Positions 40,890 to 53,184 are shown, counted from the first letter of the stretch. The stretch: DNA of 64,000 nucleotides from Octopus sinensis (GCF_006345805.1 NC_043009.1:49104001-49168000); one strand, 5' to 3'. Numbers and translations: made by a program. Notes: generated by a model not told the origin, from the letters alone.

Positions 40890-41520
40890 TGCAGTATGTA
40901 ATGGATCTCCTACCTTCACTCTAAATTCGACACTGAAATTGTTGTTGATTCTTACTTTACTTACTTGATTTTCTGCATAACATAAGCTATTCATCGACCT
41001 CTAATATCCTTCTTATTTCTTTATTGCCCACAAGGGGCTAAACATAGAGGGGACAAACAAGACAGACAAACAAGACAGACAAACGGATTAAGTCGATTAT
41101 ATCGACCCCAGTGCGTAACTGCTACTTAATTTATCGACCTCAGAAGGATGAAAGGTAAAGTGGACCTCGGCGGAATTTGAACTCAGAACGTAGCGACAGA
41201 GGAAATACCGCTAAGCATTTTCCCCGGCGTGCTAACGTTTCTGCCAGCTCGCCGCCTTATATATCTAATATCCTTCTTACTGAACGTAGTACCCTGTCTC
41301 AGTCAACGAATGCCAAGAACAGTGTTTTATACTTAGCCAGGTGTTTCTCCGGACGTTGCTGACTGGGAAAATTGATGCAGTGGTACCGCTTCTAAGTACG
41401 AAGTCAATCCCCATCTAATGTAGGTTTACTCTGACACAGATCAGTTGTGTTATCACACTCTCTGCGACCTTCATAACTTGATCCAGTTTCTAGATCCATA
41501 CATAGTTTCCTCTCTCTAAA
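40890..41520 (-). mobile_element. RTE-clade LINE reverse-transcriptase fragment, split by SINE C
   Basis: Minus-strand translation ERGNYVWI*KLDQVMKVAESVI...EKHLAKYKTLFLAFVD...SKVRINNNFSVEFRVKVG matches early RT subdomains, with frameshifts. Confidence 0.8.
41016..41263 (-). mobile_element. SINE family C with 16-bp TSD
   Basis: TCTAATATCCTTCTTA at 41000-41015 and 41264-41279. Confidence 0.95.
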
Positions 41521-41559
41521 ATATCTCATTTGTCTTAGCAGCAGTTTACGATGATATTG

Positions 41560-41750
41560 CTACATCAGTCATTAGGTATGTTTACGTCCCTATGACATAG
41601 TGGTTCAGCAAAAGATACCGATAGAATAAGCACTAGGCTTACAAAGAATAAGATCTGAAGTCGATTTCTTGGACCCCAGTATAGCGGTGCTCCAGCATGG
41701 CCGCAGTCTAATGACTGAAATAAGTAACAGAATAACAGAGTAACAGAATA
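41560..41750 (+). mobile_element. SINE family A tail
   Basis: TTTACGTCCC...GCTTACAAAGAATAAG...GCGGTGCTCCAGCATGGCCGCAGTC. Confidence 0.8.
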
Positions 41751-41849
41751 GGCCGGTTCAATTTTCGATGCCTACAGGACTGCTGAATTAATGCTAACAT
41801 TTCATCTTCAGGCATTAACCATAAATATGTTCGGTTATGACGAATTTTC

Positions 41850-42575
41850 TTTATCAAAGCTTTGATTAATGTGGACCTATAATCATATTGCTTATTCGAT
41901 TAAGGTGGACTTTTGATCATAGGTCTCTTCGATTAATGCGGAGGTTTGAACAAAGCCTGTTCGACTATTTCTATGCATACATCTTTCATAGAAGTGTCCT
42001 GTGATCAAAGTTCCGCATTACCAGAAAAGCATCCGATCAAAAGATCACATCGTAAAGATTCAAGACTGTTCAATCAATGCGGATCTTTGATCATAAGTCG
42101 GTTTGATTAATACGGGTCTTTGATCGCCAGTCCTTTAAATCAGTGCAAACTCTTGTTCAAAACTTTGTTCAGTTAAGCGGACTTTGGAGCGTAGTTCTCT
42201 TCAGTTAATGCTGACCTTTGGTCGTCTTTGCCTTCGATTAATGCGGATGTTTGATCTAGGTTTGTTCGATTAATGAGGACCTTTAAGCAAGGCCTTGTTC
42301 GATTAATTCAAAGCTTTGAACATAAGTATCTTTGATCAAAGTGCGTCTTTGCTCACTGCGTGGTCTTGTTATCGTATGACGGTTCGATTAATGCGCACCT
42401 TTGTTAAAAGGTATTTTTATTTAATGCGGACTTTTGATCGGATGGGTGCCTGTTCGATTAATACCGGTAATATTTAAAGGACTGTTCAATGGATGCGATG
42501 TTTGAGTCATAGATTTGTTCTGCAAATGAGGGTGCTTGACATAGGTCGGTTCACTTAAAGTGGACCTTTGGACAT
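41850..42575. repeat. Degenerate ~32-33-bp minisatellite, ~20 units, consensus TTCGATTAATGCGGACCTTTGATCATAGGTCTG
   Basis: Hand alignment, for example TTCGATTAAGGTGGACTTTTGATCATAGGTCTC / TTCGATTAATGCGGATGTTTGATCTAGGTTTG; includes an inverted segment. Confidence 0.85.
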
Positions 42576-42985
42576 GGATCAGAATTTCAATGAGAATATC
42601 AAGTGTTGGAGGTAACTGAGTACTCCGTTGGAAGGCTGGGTAAGTCAACCAGCTGAAGCTCCCTGAAAGATCGATGGTACGCAGCGTCCTTCCTCCTAGA
42701 CCGAGTAATTCGACGTCTATAGGGCGTGAAAGGGCTTGTAAGTCGATTTCGGGACTTGAACATATGCCGGTCCACAAGGAACATATCTCACAAAGTGATC
42801 CGGTCAGTCCGGTAGAAGTTACAGCTTTCGTCTGTCACCTATACTTCAAACCATGCAGATCTTCAGCAGGACTAAATAGTAATCTGAGAGGTCATGGAAG
42901 GAATGTCAGAAATGCTATTGATAATAAGGAAGCTCAAAGAGACGACAATCATCCGTGAAGATGGAGCAATCACCACGTATATACA

Positions 42986-43222
42986 CAGTTATCCTTCGCC
43001 ATATCGTGGTTCACTTATCATGGTTCACCTATTGCGGTTTATTGATTAAGCGTACGTCGATTTCTCCATGGTGTTGTTTTGCATTTATGACAAAATAAAT
43101 ATATACAAATTATAAAAAAAATAATAATAAATATACTGTGCAGTACTGTTTTTATTTCGCGGATTTTCACCTATTGCGGAGATCTTTGGAACGTAGCACC
43201 CGCGATAGAAGAAGGATTACTG
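42986..43222. mobile_element. Tigger/pogo-type MITE
   Basis: TIRs CAGTTATCCTTCGCCATATCGTGG and reverse CAGTAATCCTTCTTCTATCGCGG; TA follows the right end. Confidence 0.75.
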
Positions 43223-43459
43223 TATATTAAGAGTAAGTGACTTCTGGATTACACACTACCGTAGAAGCTTGTTTCATTGTTCAGTCACAGTAGCTCAACG
43301 CCTGTTTCTAATCAATCGGTCGTGCTTTTACGCTTTTTGAGTAATGCATATCTAAGCAATAAACTTCTAGCAAAAACATTTAATACTTCGACATGAGTTG
43401 AATACGTTCTCCTTCCATGCACACATATTTACGCCATTTCTTACATACCCATTCAGTCG

Positions 43460-44312
43460 TGTGTGTACACACACACACACGCACGCACGCATACACACAC
43501 ACATATACATACATACACATACACACACGCACACACACATACACACACACACATACACACACATATATATATATGCACGTACATGTACTCGTGTGTGTGT
43601 GTATGCGTGTGTGTGTATGCGTGTGTGTACAGGGAATTTGGCTTGATTTGAAGTTTTTTGTCTCCTTTTTTCAGGTATAGATTAATAGATATTGGTTAAC
43701 AGTCAACGGCGTTGGAGAGCATGAAAATTAAAGTTGTTGCTGAGAAAAAGTTAGTGACATGGAGGACAGAAAGCCATCTGAATATTCGAAATGCATTACC
43801 GATAGCATACTGTCCGCGCTAATACGAAGGCCTGCGCCAGGTTCCGGAGCCATCTTGAGGCCGTACCAGAAGCAGATCGCGGCTAATTTGAGTAAACAGT
43901 TATCTCCCAGTCGTAACTAATCGATATTTTTTAATTTAATTTTTTTTCTTTGAATGGGACATTTTGTGTTCTTTTTTTTATGCAATCTCTCAAATTTAGA
44001 CCGAAGACCCGGTATATATATATATCCATCCAACCATCCATCCAGACATACATACATACATACATACATACATACATACATACATACATACACCTATGTA
44101 TGTATGTATGAGAGACAGAGACAGGCAGAAACAAGGAAAATGCCACTTGTATTTGGACACTATACAAATATTATTTTTTAAAACTTTTCTTTTAATTTTT
44201 CTAAATTTAATTATTTAATTCTTACAGTTGAAAAAGTCTCAATGACTGAAACCGGTACTGAAATGTTTTTTTATAAAATTATTTTAGCATTTTCTATCTT
44301 GACTTTTTTTTC

Positions 44313-44347
<35 letters not shown>

Positions 44348-44372
44348 CACATATATATACATATATATATAC

Positions 44373-44418
<46 letters not shown>

Positions 44419-44521
44419 TATATACATACATATATATATACATATATATACAAGTACATATATAAATGTACGCATACATATGCATGTGTATATATATTTT
44501 ATAAACCTATGTGCACGTGCT

Positions 44522-44572
<51 letters not shown>

Positions 44573-44695
44573 CGGTACTCGTATATATATATATGTATAT
44601 ACACACCCTTACAATACTTCTAAATTCCATTCTTGTTTCCACTACTAATACTACGACGACGACAACAACAACAATAACTACTACTACTACTACCA

Positions 44696-44744
<49 letters not shown>

Positions 44745-46080
44745 CACTACCACTACTACTGTAAGAACAGTCGGCAGAATTGATTGTTATCATGGTTATC
44801 TTTCTTCAGATATTTAGGTTGATTCCAAAGTTGATGTGAAGAGAGAGACAGAGAGAGAGAGAAAGAGAGGGAGAGAGGGAAAGAGAGGGAGAGAGGGAAA
44901 GAGAGAGAGAGAGACAGAGAGAGAGAAACGTTTACTGTAGGAGACAAATAAAGAAATGAATAAATATCAAAGCCAAAAATGTGACAAAATAGATATTTGG
45001 GTTAGTGTTTTGCTAATTAGAGTTGCCATATTTATTCGTGACGGCGGTGACGGCGACGGAGACGACGATGTTGACGGCGGCGACGGTGGTGGTGGTGATG
45101 GTGGTCGAAGCGCTGGTGTTTATCGTAAGAGTGTTAATAGTTAGTATTTGTTGTTGTTGTTGTTGTCGTTGTTGTTGGTGGTGGGGATGTATGTCGTTTC
45201 GGTGGTGGTGGTGGTGGTGGTAGTGGTTTAAGCAATGACTTGGTTGGGGCTCATGTTGGCGTTGTTGTTGGTGGTGGTGGTGGTGGTGGTGGTGGTGGTG
45301 GTGTGGTGGTGTGGTGGTGGTGGTGGCGGGGCTGCTGCGGCTGCTAGTGGTGTTCGTGTCGACGACGTTGTCGTTTGTTTTTTTTGTGGTGCTCACGATG
45401 CTCATGATGATGACGGTTGTGATGATGGTATTGGTAACAGTACCAAATATCGTGATGTCCCTTATGGCGGTGGTGGTGGTGGTGGTGGTGGTGGTGCAGG
45501 CGGTGGTTTATGGTGGTGTTAGCAGTTAAAATGGGGCTGGTGATTGTTTTATTTGTCTTGGTGGGGTCGGGGGTTGGCAGTGGTGGTGGTGGCGGTGGCG
45601 GCGGCGTTGGTGGTGGTTGTGGTGGTGGTTTTAGTGGCGGCGGTGGATGTGATGGTTGCGGTGGTGTTGCAGCAGGCTCTGGTGGTAGCTGTGTAAAATA
45701 GTTATCGTAGTGCTGTGGACGATGGTGGTGCTGGCGTTTAGTGGAAGTGGTTTTTGGTGGCGGCGGCGGCGGCGGCGAAGGATAGAATTTAAGAAGTGAT
45801 TGAAGTGAGGAGAATGAGGAGAAGGTTACTGAGGGTGGCGAAGGAGAGAGGAGTTTGTGGGAGGGAAATAGTGGAAGAGAGAGAGAGAGAGGAGTGGAGA
45901 GAGGAATTGAAGAAGAAGAAGAAGAAGAAGAGGAGGAGGAGGAGGAGGAGGAGGAGAAGAAGGAGGAGGAAGAGGAGGAGGAGGAAGAAGAAGAAGAAGA
46001 GAGAAGAAGAAGAACAACAACAACAACAAGAACAAGAAGGAGAAGAAGAACAAGAAGAAGAAACAACACAGACAAAGCAG
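43460..46080. repeat. Compound (CA), (TACA), (TA), (CTA), (AG), (GGT/GTT/GGC), (GAA/GGA/AAC) low-complexity region
   Basis: Direct reading; source of the Pro/Ser/His-rich ORFs. Confidence 0.9.
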
Positions 46081-46106
46081 TACAGAGACAGAAATAATCT
46101 ACTATA

Positions 46107-46282
46107 GGCACAAGGCCTGATATTCGAGGGAGTGACTAGTCTCTTACATTGACCCCAGTGCGTAACTGGTACCTATTTCACCGTCTTCGAAAAGATGTAA
46201 AGGCAAAGTCGACCTCGGAGGAATTTGAAGAGAACGAAAGACAAAATGCTTAGCGGCCAACGGTTCTGTCAACTGACCAACT
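46107..46282 (-). mobile_element. SINE family C2, degenerate
   Basis: GGCACAAGGCC reverse tail; AAAGGCAAAGTCGACCTCGG central domain. Confidence 0.75.
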
Positions 46283-46669
46283 TCGAGACGGAGAACAAAG
46301 AAAGGTAAAATATTAAATAATATTAAAAAGATATAAGTAAAAGTATTGTGTGACATGAGAAGAGGTGGAGACAGAGAGAAAGAAAGAAAGAAAGAAAGAA
46401 AGAAGAAAGAAAGGAGCGACGTGTTAGCAAAAAGGCAATTAGATGAAGAGGAACAGGGAAGGAAGATAGCAAAGAAGAAAGAATGCGAGAGAAGAAAAGA
46501 AAGAGAGAGATAATAAGGGGGGGGGGATAAAAAGGAAAAGGATTTATATTGAAGGTTTTGTTAGGGTTACACAATGGAAATAATTACACGGTCGAGTGAG
46601 ACCGTTGGCACCTCTCACTTGCAGTGTCTTTTCACATTAGCATGAAGGGTAAAAAATATATAAACTGCT

Positions 46670-46947
46670 GTCATATGTTGTTGTCGTTGGTGTTGGTGTT
46701 GTTGTTGTTGTTGATGTTGTTGATGTTGTTGTTGTTGGTGGTGGTGGTGATGGTGATGGTGGTGGTGTTGGTGGTGGTCGTCGTTGTCGTAGTCGTGGTG
46801 TTGGTGTTGTTGTTGATGATGATGTTGTTGGTGGTGGTCGTCGTCGTAGTCGTGGTGTTGGTGATGGCGATGGTGGTAATGGTGGTGTTGTTGGTATTGG
46901 TAGTGGTATTCTTGGTGGTGGTGCTGGTGGTGATGGTGGTGATGGTG

Positions 46948-46979
<32 letters not shown>

Positions 46980-46990
46980 GGTGATTATGG
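46670..46990. repeat. (GTT/GGT/GAT)n field
   Basis: Direct reading. Confidence 0.95.
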
Positions 46991-47580
46991 TGAGGTTATA
47001 TACTATAGCAAACTGATAATAAAAAAAGTCTTGTGATGACCATCCGGTTTGATATACATGCATACATATACACACACATACATACACACATATATTTATA
47101 CACACATTCACAGACAGAGATATCTATAACAAGGGATCACATTATTATACAACATATTCCAACAAAGATACAAGGCTCCACCATTGGAATGTAGATAAAG
47201 AAAACAATGTCACATTTTAAACCTGAGAAAAGTCTTGCAGAGTTTAACTGTTCCGCTTACAGATTATATTTGTAAAGTGCGAGTAAGCTGGTTGATTTCA
47301 TTTTCTGAAAAAATCCAAGCTTATCAGGACTGAGATTATGAGTATAAATGTAAATTTCTAATTCAAACATAGAAGCTGGATGTTTCAAAGCAGTTGTCCA
47401 TAGTTACCTTCTTTTTCTTTGATTTTCAAAGAGATATTCACATCAACAGGATAACTGGCCTCTATGACGGTTCATCTCTTTCTTTTGTCTGTCCCAAATA
47501 ACAATATCTGGTCTGTTATGCTTACATTTGAGAGATATTTGATGGAAATGTTCCAACAGCATTACATGTGCTGATATTCG
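46990..47580 (-). mobile_element. R4/Dong-clade non-LTR retrotransposon 3' end (REL endonuclease)
   Basis: Minus strand KCKHNRPDIVIWDRQKKE (47491-47520), frameshift to TVIEASYPVDVNISLKIKEKE..YGQLL, C-terminus SGTVKLCKTFLRFKM* (stop ~47210); PD-(D/E)xK-type REL motif. Confidence 0.8.
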
Positions 47581-47873
47581 ATATCTGTCTGTCTGTATGT
47601 ATGTATGTATGCACGCATGCATGTATGTATGCATGCATACATGTATGTATGCATGCATGCGTGTATGTATGTATGCATGCATACATGTATGTATGTATGT
47701 ATGCATGCATGTATGTATGTATGTATGTATGTATGTATGTATGTGAGTGTGTATGTATGCATGCATGTATGTACGTATGTATGTATGTATGTATGCATGT
47801 ATGTATGTATGTATGTATGTATGTATGTATGTATGTATGTATGTATGTATGTATGTATGTATGTATGTATGTA

Positions 47874-47906
<33 letters not shown>

Positions 47907-47962
47907 TGCACTGCTGTGTATACTTTATTTCTGACAGTGGGATGTGATTTCAGAAAGGGTTC

Positions 47963-48548
47963 CTAGCACTCCTTCGGTTACAGAACAGCCTGCTCGTGAA
48001 ATTAACGTGCAAATGGCTGAGCGGTCCACAAACATGTGTACCTTTAAGGTAGTTCTCAACGAAATTATGTAGGACACAGAATGTGACAAAGCTGGCCCTT
48101 TGAAACACAGGTTCTGCTCATTTTTGCCAGCTGAGTGCACTGGAGCAAAGTGAAATAAAGTGTCTTGCTCAAGGACACAACTATCTATTCGCCCTTTTCA
48201 AGCCTACCCAGGCTCATGGGCCCGGTTTCTCGGTTTCTGTGACGCCAGTCCATCGCAGTGTTACTCAAGAAACAGGAAGAGTGAGAGAAATTTGTGGCGA
48301 AAGAGTACAACAGGGGTCGCCATCACCCCCTGCCGGGGCCTCGTGGAGCTTTTAGGTGTTTTCGCTCAATAAACACACACAACGCCCGGTCTGGGAATCG
48401 AAACCACGATCCTCCGACCGCGGGTCCGCTACCCTAACCACTGGGCCATTGCGCCTCCACCAAGGACACAACGCATTGCCGGAAATCAAACTCATGACAT
48501 TACTGTCGTGAGCAGAACACCTTAACCACTAAGCCACGCGCCTTCGCA
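47963..48548 (-). mobile_element. SINE with D head and B tail, host of a nested SINE
   Basis: Reverse B tail 47963-48110, reverse D core to 48180, resumes at 48461 with the reverse D head. Confidence 0.85.
48181..48460 (-). mobile_element. Nested SINE with B head and D tail, 11-bp TSD
   Basis: CAAGGACACAA at 48170-48180 and 48461-48471. Confidence 0.9.
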
Positions 48549-49229
48549 GAAATATTTAGTTGCTATATAAAGGTGCCGTCGTTGGCTCAATTATGTAGGA
48601 CGACAGTTTTCCTTGTCAGTTAAGCTCCAGATCATTCCCAATCAAGCAGACGTGGCATCAAATAAGTTCCAGCCGTGTCCTAACCTCAAGAGACACACAA
48701 ACTTCTTCTTCGTTGGAGTAAGTAGAACAGAAAATGAAATATTAATATTAATATTAATAGAAGACTATGATTTACTGCATTCAGAATAGCTTTAGCTAAA
48801 TGAAGATCCAAATGGGGTTGAATTAATAGAGCTTACTGTGATATAATGACCTTCACCGGTACACATCCCCTCAGATGTAATGACCGTGACATGTAGCCGC
48901 TGCCTCAGATGTCATAACCTTGAACTTTAAGACAAACGCACAGGCAATGACTATGACCGTTACGCAGTACCTCATGCTGAGGAGCTGAAATAGCTGTAGG
49001 TAGATGTCAGTAAAACAAAAATACGAAGGAACAAAACATCCCATGGGGGATACAGGTGTGTGGAAAAAAGACTGAATGTAGAGTTTAATACTGGGATCTG
49101 GGATGTGAGACGTAGTAAGGGTGTTGGCAGGTAGAATGTTTAGTACATTGTTGATACAGCTTAGACTCACGTCAGTGTTGATCAAACAAACCAATGATCA
49201 ATAAGCAACCCAGCCTTCCCTTTTCTTTC

Positions 49230-50110
49230 AGATATCTAGGATCACTGTATCTAGAATCCCATTACTCAATATGTCTTCACATTGTTCAACTGTCTATCGT
49301 GATTTTACTTCCATCATTTCCTCTTAATTTCTTTACTGAGCTTCTTGTATTTTATTCTTCCCTATTTTATTTTCTCATCTTTCTTTAATTTTCCCCCCTT
49401 TTCTCAAATATATCCAGGATCTTGTTTACGACGCTTGATGTGGATTTACAACCGAGTTCCCAAAGTAGCTCGCTTACTCTACCTGACATGACAATATTGA
49501 ATCTGTCTGTTGTCACTACAAGGTTATTTTTCTTCAAGAAGCGGCAGTATTTTTTTATATTTGGTTTTTTACTTTTGTCTTACTGACTCTTCTCAATGGC
49601 ACTCTTAAGTTTCCTATGATAAAATCATACCCAAGCGCCTTCATCTGCTCCTAGAAATTATATCATTTATCGCTTTCTTACACCAATTTTGTACGATCTT
49701 TTTTCCTAAAATATAGTCGTTCAAGAGATGTCATCTGTTTGCAGACATGCCTTCTGGATCTAGAAACTGGATTCTTTACGCTCACCAAGAGCATTCGACT
49801 GCACAATTTTGTCACATGTGACAAATTCCAGTTGGCGTTGTCCCTTCACGTTCGAAGTGTTACTGTCTTAAGGACTGATGAAGTAAGTCAACTTCTCCAT
49901 CCCTTTCTAGCTTAGCAATCCACTCCCCTTGCATGATTACCATTGCTTTGTTCTATGACTTCTTAAAGACACCTTGAAGATCTTTAGAGAACCTTTCAAT
50001 GTGTTCTCCGAAATGGTCTTTTTTCAGGGTCAGACATATGCAAATTCGATGATGAGGGAGATTTTACCTAGAAGTGAATGATCATGAGCCTTCTTGATAT
50101 TAGGTGTATT
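49230..50110 (-). mobile_element. RTE-clade LINE apurinic-like endonuclease and linker remnant
   Basis: Minus strand, frameshifted: IERFSKDLQGVF..MVIMQGEWIAKL, GQRQLEFV..VQSNALG, NDYILGKK, KYKKLSKEIKRK..EQCEDI; these correspond to the RTE EN motifs QGDWNAKVG and IDYIL. Confidence 0.65.
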
Positions 50111-51599
50111 TGGACATCTAAACCAAGGGGACCCTACCCATCCCTTGTTCTAAACACGTCCCATTTCTTCCAATTCCAACTTATGACTTTATCCACATTG
50201 GTCGTGAATAAGATCGTTAGCGTGATGGGATTTTTTCTGTGTTACCTGAAGACAGTTATTCGCACAGTGGTACCCGGTTAGCACCAGCACATCATATGGT
50301 TTTGACTAGTGGTGCCTTTTTAGTAGTACTCCATTTTGTGGGTTTTGTCCGCCAGCCCAAGACTTTTATATGGGTGTGACATTTAGAGCCTTGCTTCAGA
50401 GACCAAGGAGTTAAATGAGGACCATGATGCTTATCTACCTGTCAATAAGGGAGCATCATGCCAGCTATCAGAAATATTGCTATTATCTAAAGCTCCTTAA
50501 AGACCCCACGGCGAATAGACTGAAGCTGAAGTGAACACAGAATCTATTTGTTGGTAAACCAGTTCTGTATCCATTCGGCAAACTGTAATTCCCATGACGA
50601 AATGATATCTGAAACCTGGTGTGAATTGACACACTACAAAGTAAGGTAGTAGGGAGCATATGACATGGTTGTTAATTAATATGTCACATAGAGAAATACT
50701 ACAAGTAATGAAGTTGAAAATGATGAGAAGATAGTTGAAAAACCAGTCAGATATTGTCATAGAAAACTAAAGAGAGTATACAATATCCACTTTGATGGAT
50801 GTGTTGTACCAAACCCTGCGGAGGGTGATAAACATTGCAATTAATAAACTTTCTATGATGAAATGATAACTGAAACTTGCATGATATTGTCATCGGAAAG
50901 GAAAAAAATAAAAAGGGCAGAATATGATATTCTGCTTGATTGATATGACATATCTTACAGAGAGAAGAAACTTGCAACTAATGAAGTTGAAAGGTTAGTG
51001 AAACGTAAAGTCAGGAGCGGCAGCTATGTAAAAGCCAGATCCTGTGTTCTTATCTAAAACTGTATCAGGGAATTACTGGAAACCCAGTGAAAGTGTAGTA
51101 CAAAAGTTGGCGTGAAATAGGGGACCCTCGAAAGAATACGACGCCTGTCAGGCCATCTCCTTCCATCTGAACACTAGAAACATGAGTATTAGATGTGAAC
51201 ATTGCTGGCCTCGTGTCAAAATTTGAAACGAATATTAGACAGAGATATTGATAAGAATATGGAGGAGTTTTAAGTTGCGCGCGCGCGTGTGTGTGTCAGT
51301 GTGTGTGTGTTGAATGCATGCATCGATATGTGTATATGTATGTTGTCTTTTAAAATATTTTGTACAGTTTATAGCTTAGATATTTTATGTATGACGTATG
51401 TATATGTGTGCGTGTGTGTGCGTGTGAGTGTGTGTGCCTCTGTGTGTGTGTGCCTCTGGTGTGTGTGCCTCTGTGTGTGTGTGAGTGTGTGTGTGCCGCT
51501 GTGTGTGTGTGAGCTTGTATGTATGTGTGTGTAAACAAAATCCTTTAGCGTTACGGGATTAATGTGTCCCTGAAAAAAAAAAAACTTTCGTATCGTGGA

Positions 51600-51860
51600 A
51601 TCAAGTTACACGAAATTAATTCTCCCAAGCGTTTAGCAATATTCGTTGCTATCCACGTAAGTGTTTCTTTCCAAAACAACATTAACTCCTCGTTAGATAA
51701 ATTTTCTCTATGGGGTACTAGCGACTCATTTACACTCTCCTCTTCGACTTCTCTAAGCCCAACATCATTGCAAGTGTAAAATATCTTACCGAATTTGATG
51801 TAAACTTTATGCTTATAGAAAAAACATGCAGAGTCACAGATACAATCTGGCCACATATTT
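51600..51860 (-). mobile_element. Tigger/pogo transposase C-terminal remnant
   Basis: ORF 51551-51856: WPDC...DVGLREVEEESVNESLVPHRENLSNEELM resembles Tigger C-terminal GF.EV.EEDV.ELL.SH.EEL.NEEL. Confidence 0.5.
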
Positions 51861-51942
51861 TACCGAAACATGCGTCCAAGAAGTACCCAATTTTAAGTAT
51901 TAAATTAGATCTATAAAACATTACACCCAAGCAGTTGACAGA

Positions 51943-52380
51943 TAGGCGTAGGAGTGGCTGTGTGGAAAGTAGCATGCTTACAAACCACATGGTCCTGGGT
52001 TCAGTCCCATTGCGTGACAGCTTGGGTAAGTGTCCTCTACTATAGCTTCGGGCCGACCAAAGCCTTGTGAGTGGATTTGGTAGACGGAAACTGAAAGAAG
52101 CCCGTCGTATATATGTATATATATATATATGTATGTGTGTATATGTTTCTGTGTCTGTGTATGTCTGTATATGTTTCTTTGTCTCCCAACATCGCTTGAC
52201 AACCGATGCTGGTATATTTACGTCCCCGTAACTTAGCGATTCAGCAAAGAGACCGATAGAATACGTACTACGCTTACAAAAAATAAGTCCTGGGGTCGAT
52301 TTGCTCTAGCATGGCCACAGTCAAATGACTGAAACACGTAAAAGAGAACAAAGGTAAAAAAGAGTAAAAGGAGTAAATAC
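51943..52380 (+). mobile_element. SINE family A, full length
   Basis: TAGGCGTAGGAGTGGCTGTGTGG head through GTAAAAGGAGTAAA tail. Confidence 0.9.
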
Positions 52381-53184
52381 TTGAAAACTTTATGTTCTCT
52401 CTGTTGTGACGTAGACACTACAAGATTTAATATTTTGGCAATGTGGTTGATTTTCTGTCTAGGATTAAACCTTATTAAAATATTACGTTTAATATCCAGT
52501 GCAATCCCCTTACGGTACCTTTTCGCTTGAGTACTTTCAATTCCACATGATGGACTTTTGATTTCTTTTTTCACAGATATCTTGAATTGTGTATAAGTCC
52601 AATACTATCGACGATCAACAATTATTCACAACAAATCTATAGTGAGAAATAGCACCAACGAAGAGCTGCTCTGCGCGAGCAAAAAATTGTTGCCTTATTT
52701 CAATCGGTATCAGAATGGAATTGAGAAGATGAAAAGGTGGCTGATGCGATAAGAAGTACTCCATGCTTACAGTTTCCTACCAGATTGATGGGTGCTTCCC
52801 CACTGGCTTAAAGTCTCCACACACACACACACGCACACACATGTACAAACACACACAAAGACATAAAAGAACACATAGATACGTTGTGTTGCCATACAAC
52901 ATATGTAGCTACAGACATTACTATCACACTACTATTATAGGTTTTACTACCTGCTTATTCAAAGTTTGGAGGGTTGAAAAAATTGATGGTGGTGTTGGTT
53001 ATAGTAGGTTTCATGTTGGTGATGATGGTGAAGAAGATGGTGGAGAAATAGTTGGTGGTGTCGGGCACCGTTCAGTTTCTAGTCAATCGTCATTAACCAA
53101 ACATTAAAGACGTTTCATTCAACATTATCTCATGTGTTTATTATTTTTATTTTTTAGATGGAGTTGCTTAATTTTTTTTTAGAT

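Noticed and set aside
41850-42575. 33-bp array as an 11-aa coding repeat (RLMRTFDHRSL or DQRSALIE)
   Set aside because: Unit lengths vary (32, 33 and longer), there are frequent stops and an internal inversion, and no long ORF spans it
45344-46111. 255-aa ORF with hydrophobic N-terminus and Ser/Pro-rich body (extensin-like)
   Set aside because: Built from (CTT/CCT), (CT) and (CCA/CCG) microsatellites; no splice or homology support
52550-52660. Strong acceptor TTTGATTTCTTTTTCACAG at ~52575
   Set aside because: All frames close within 26 codons and there is no convincing donor; could only be UTR or non-coding
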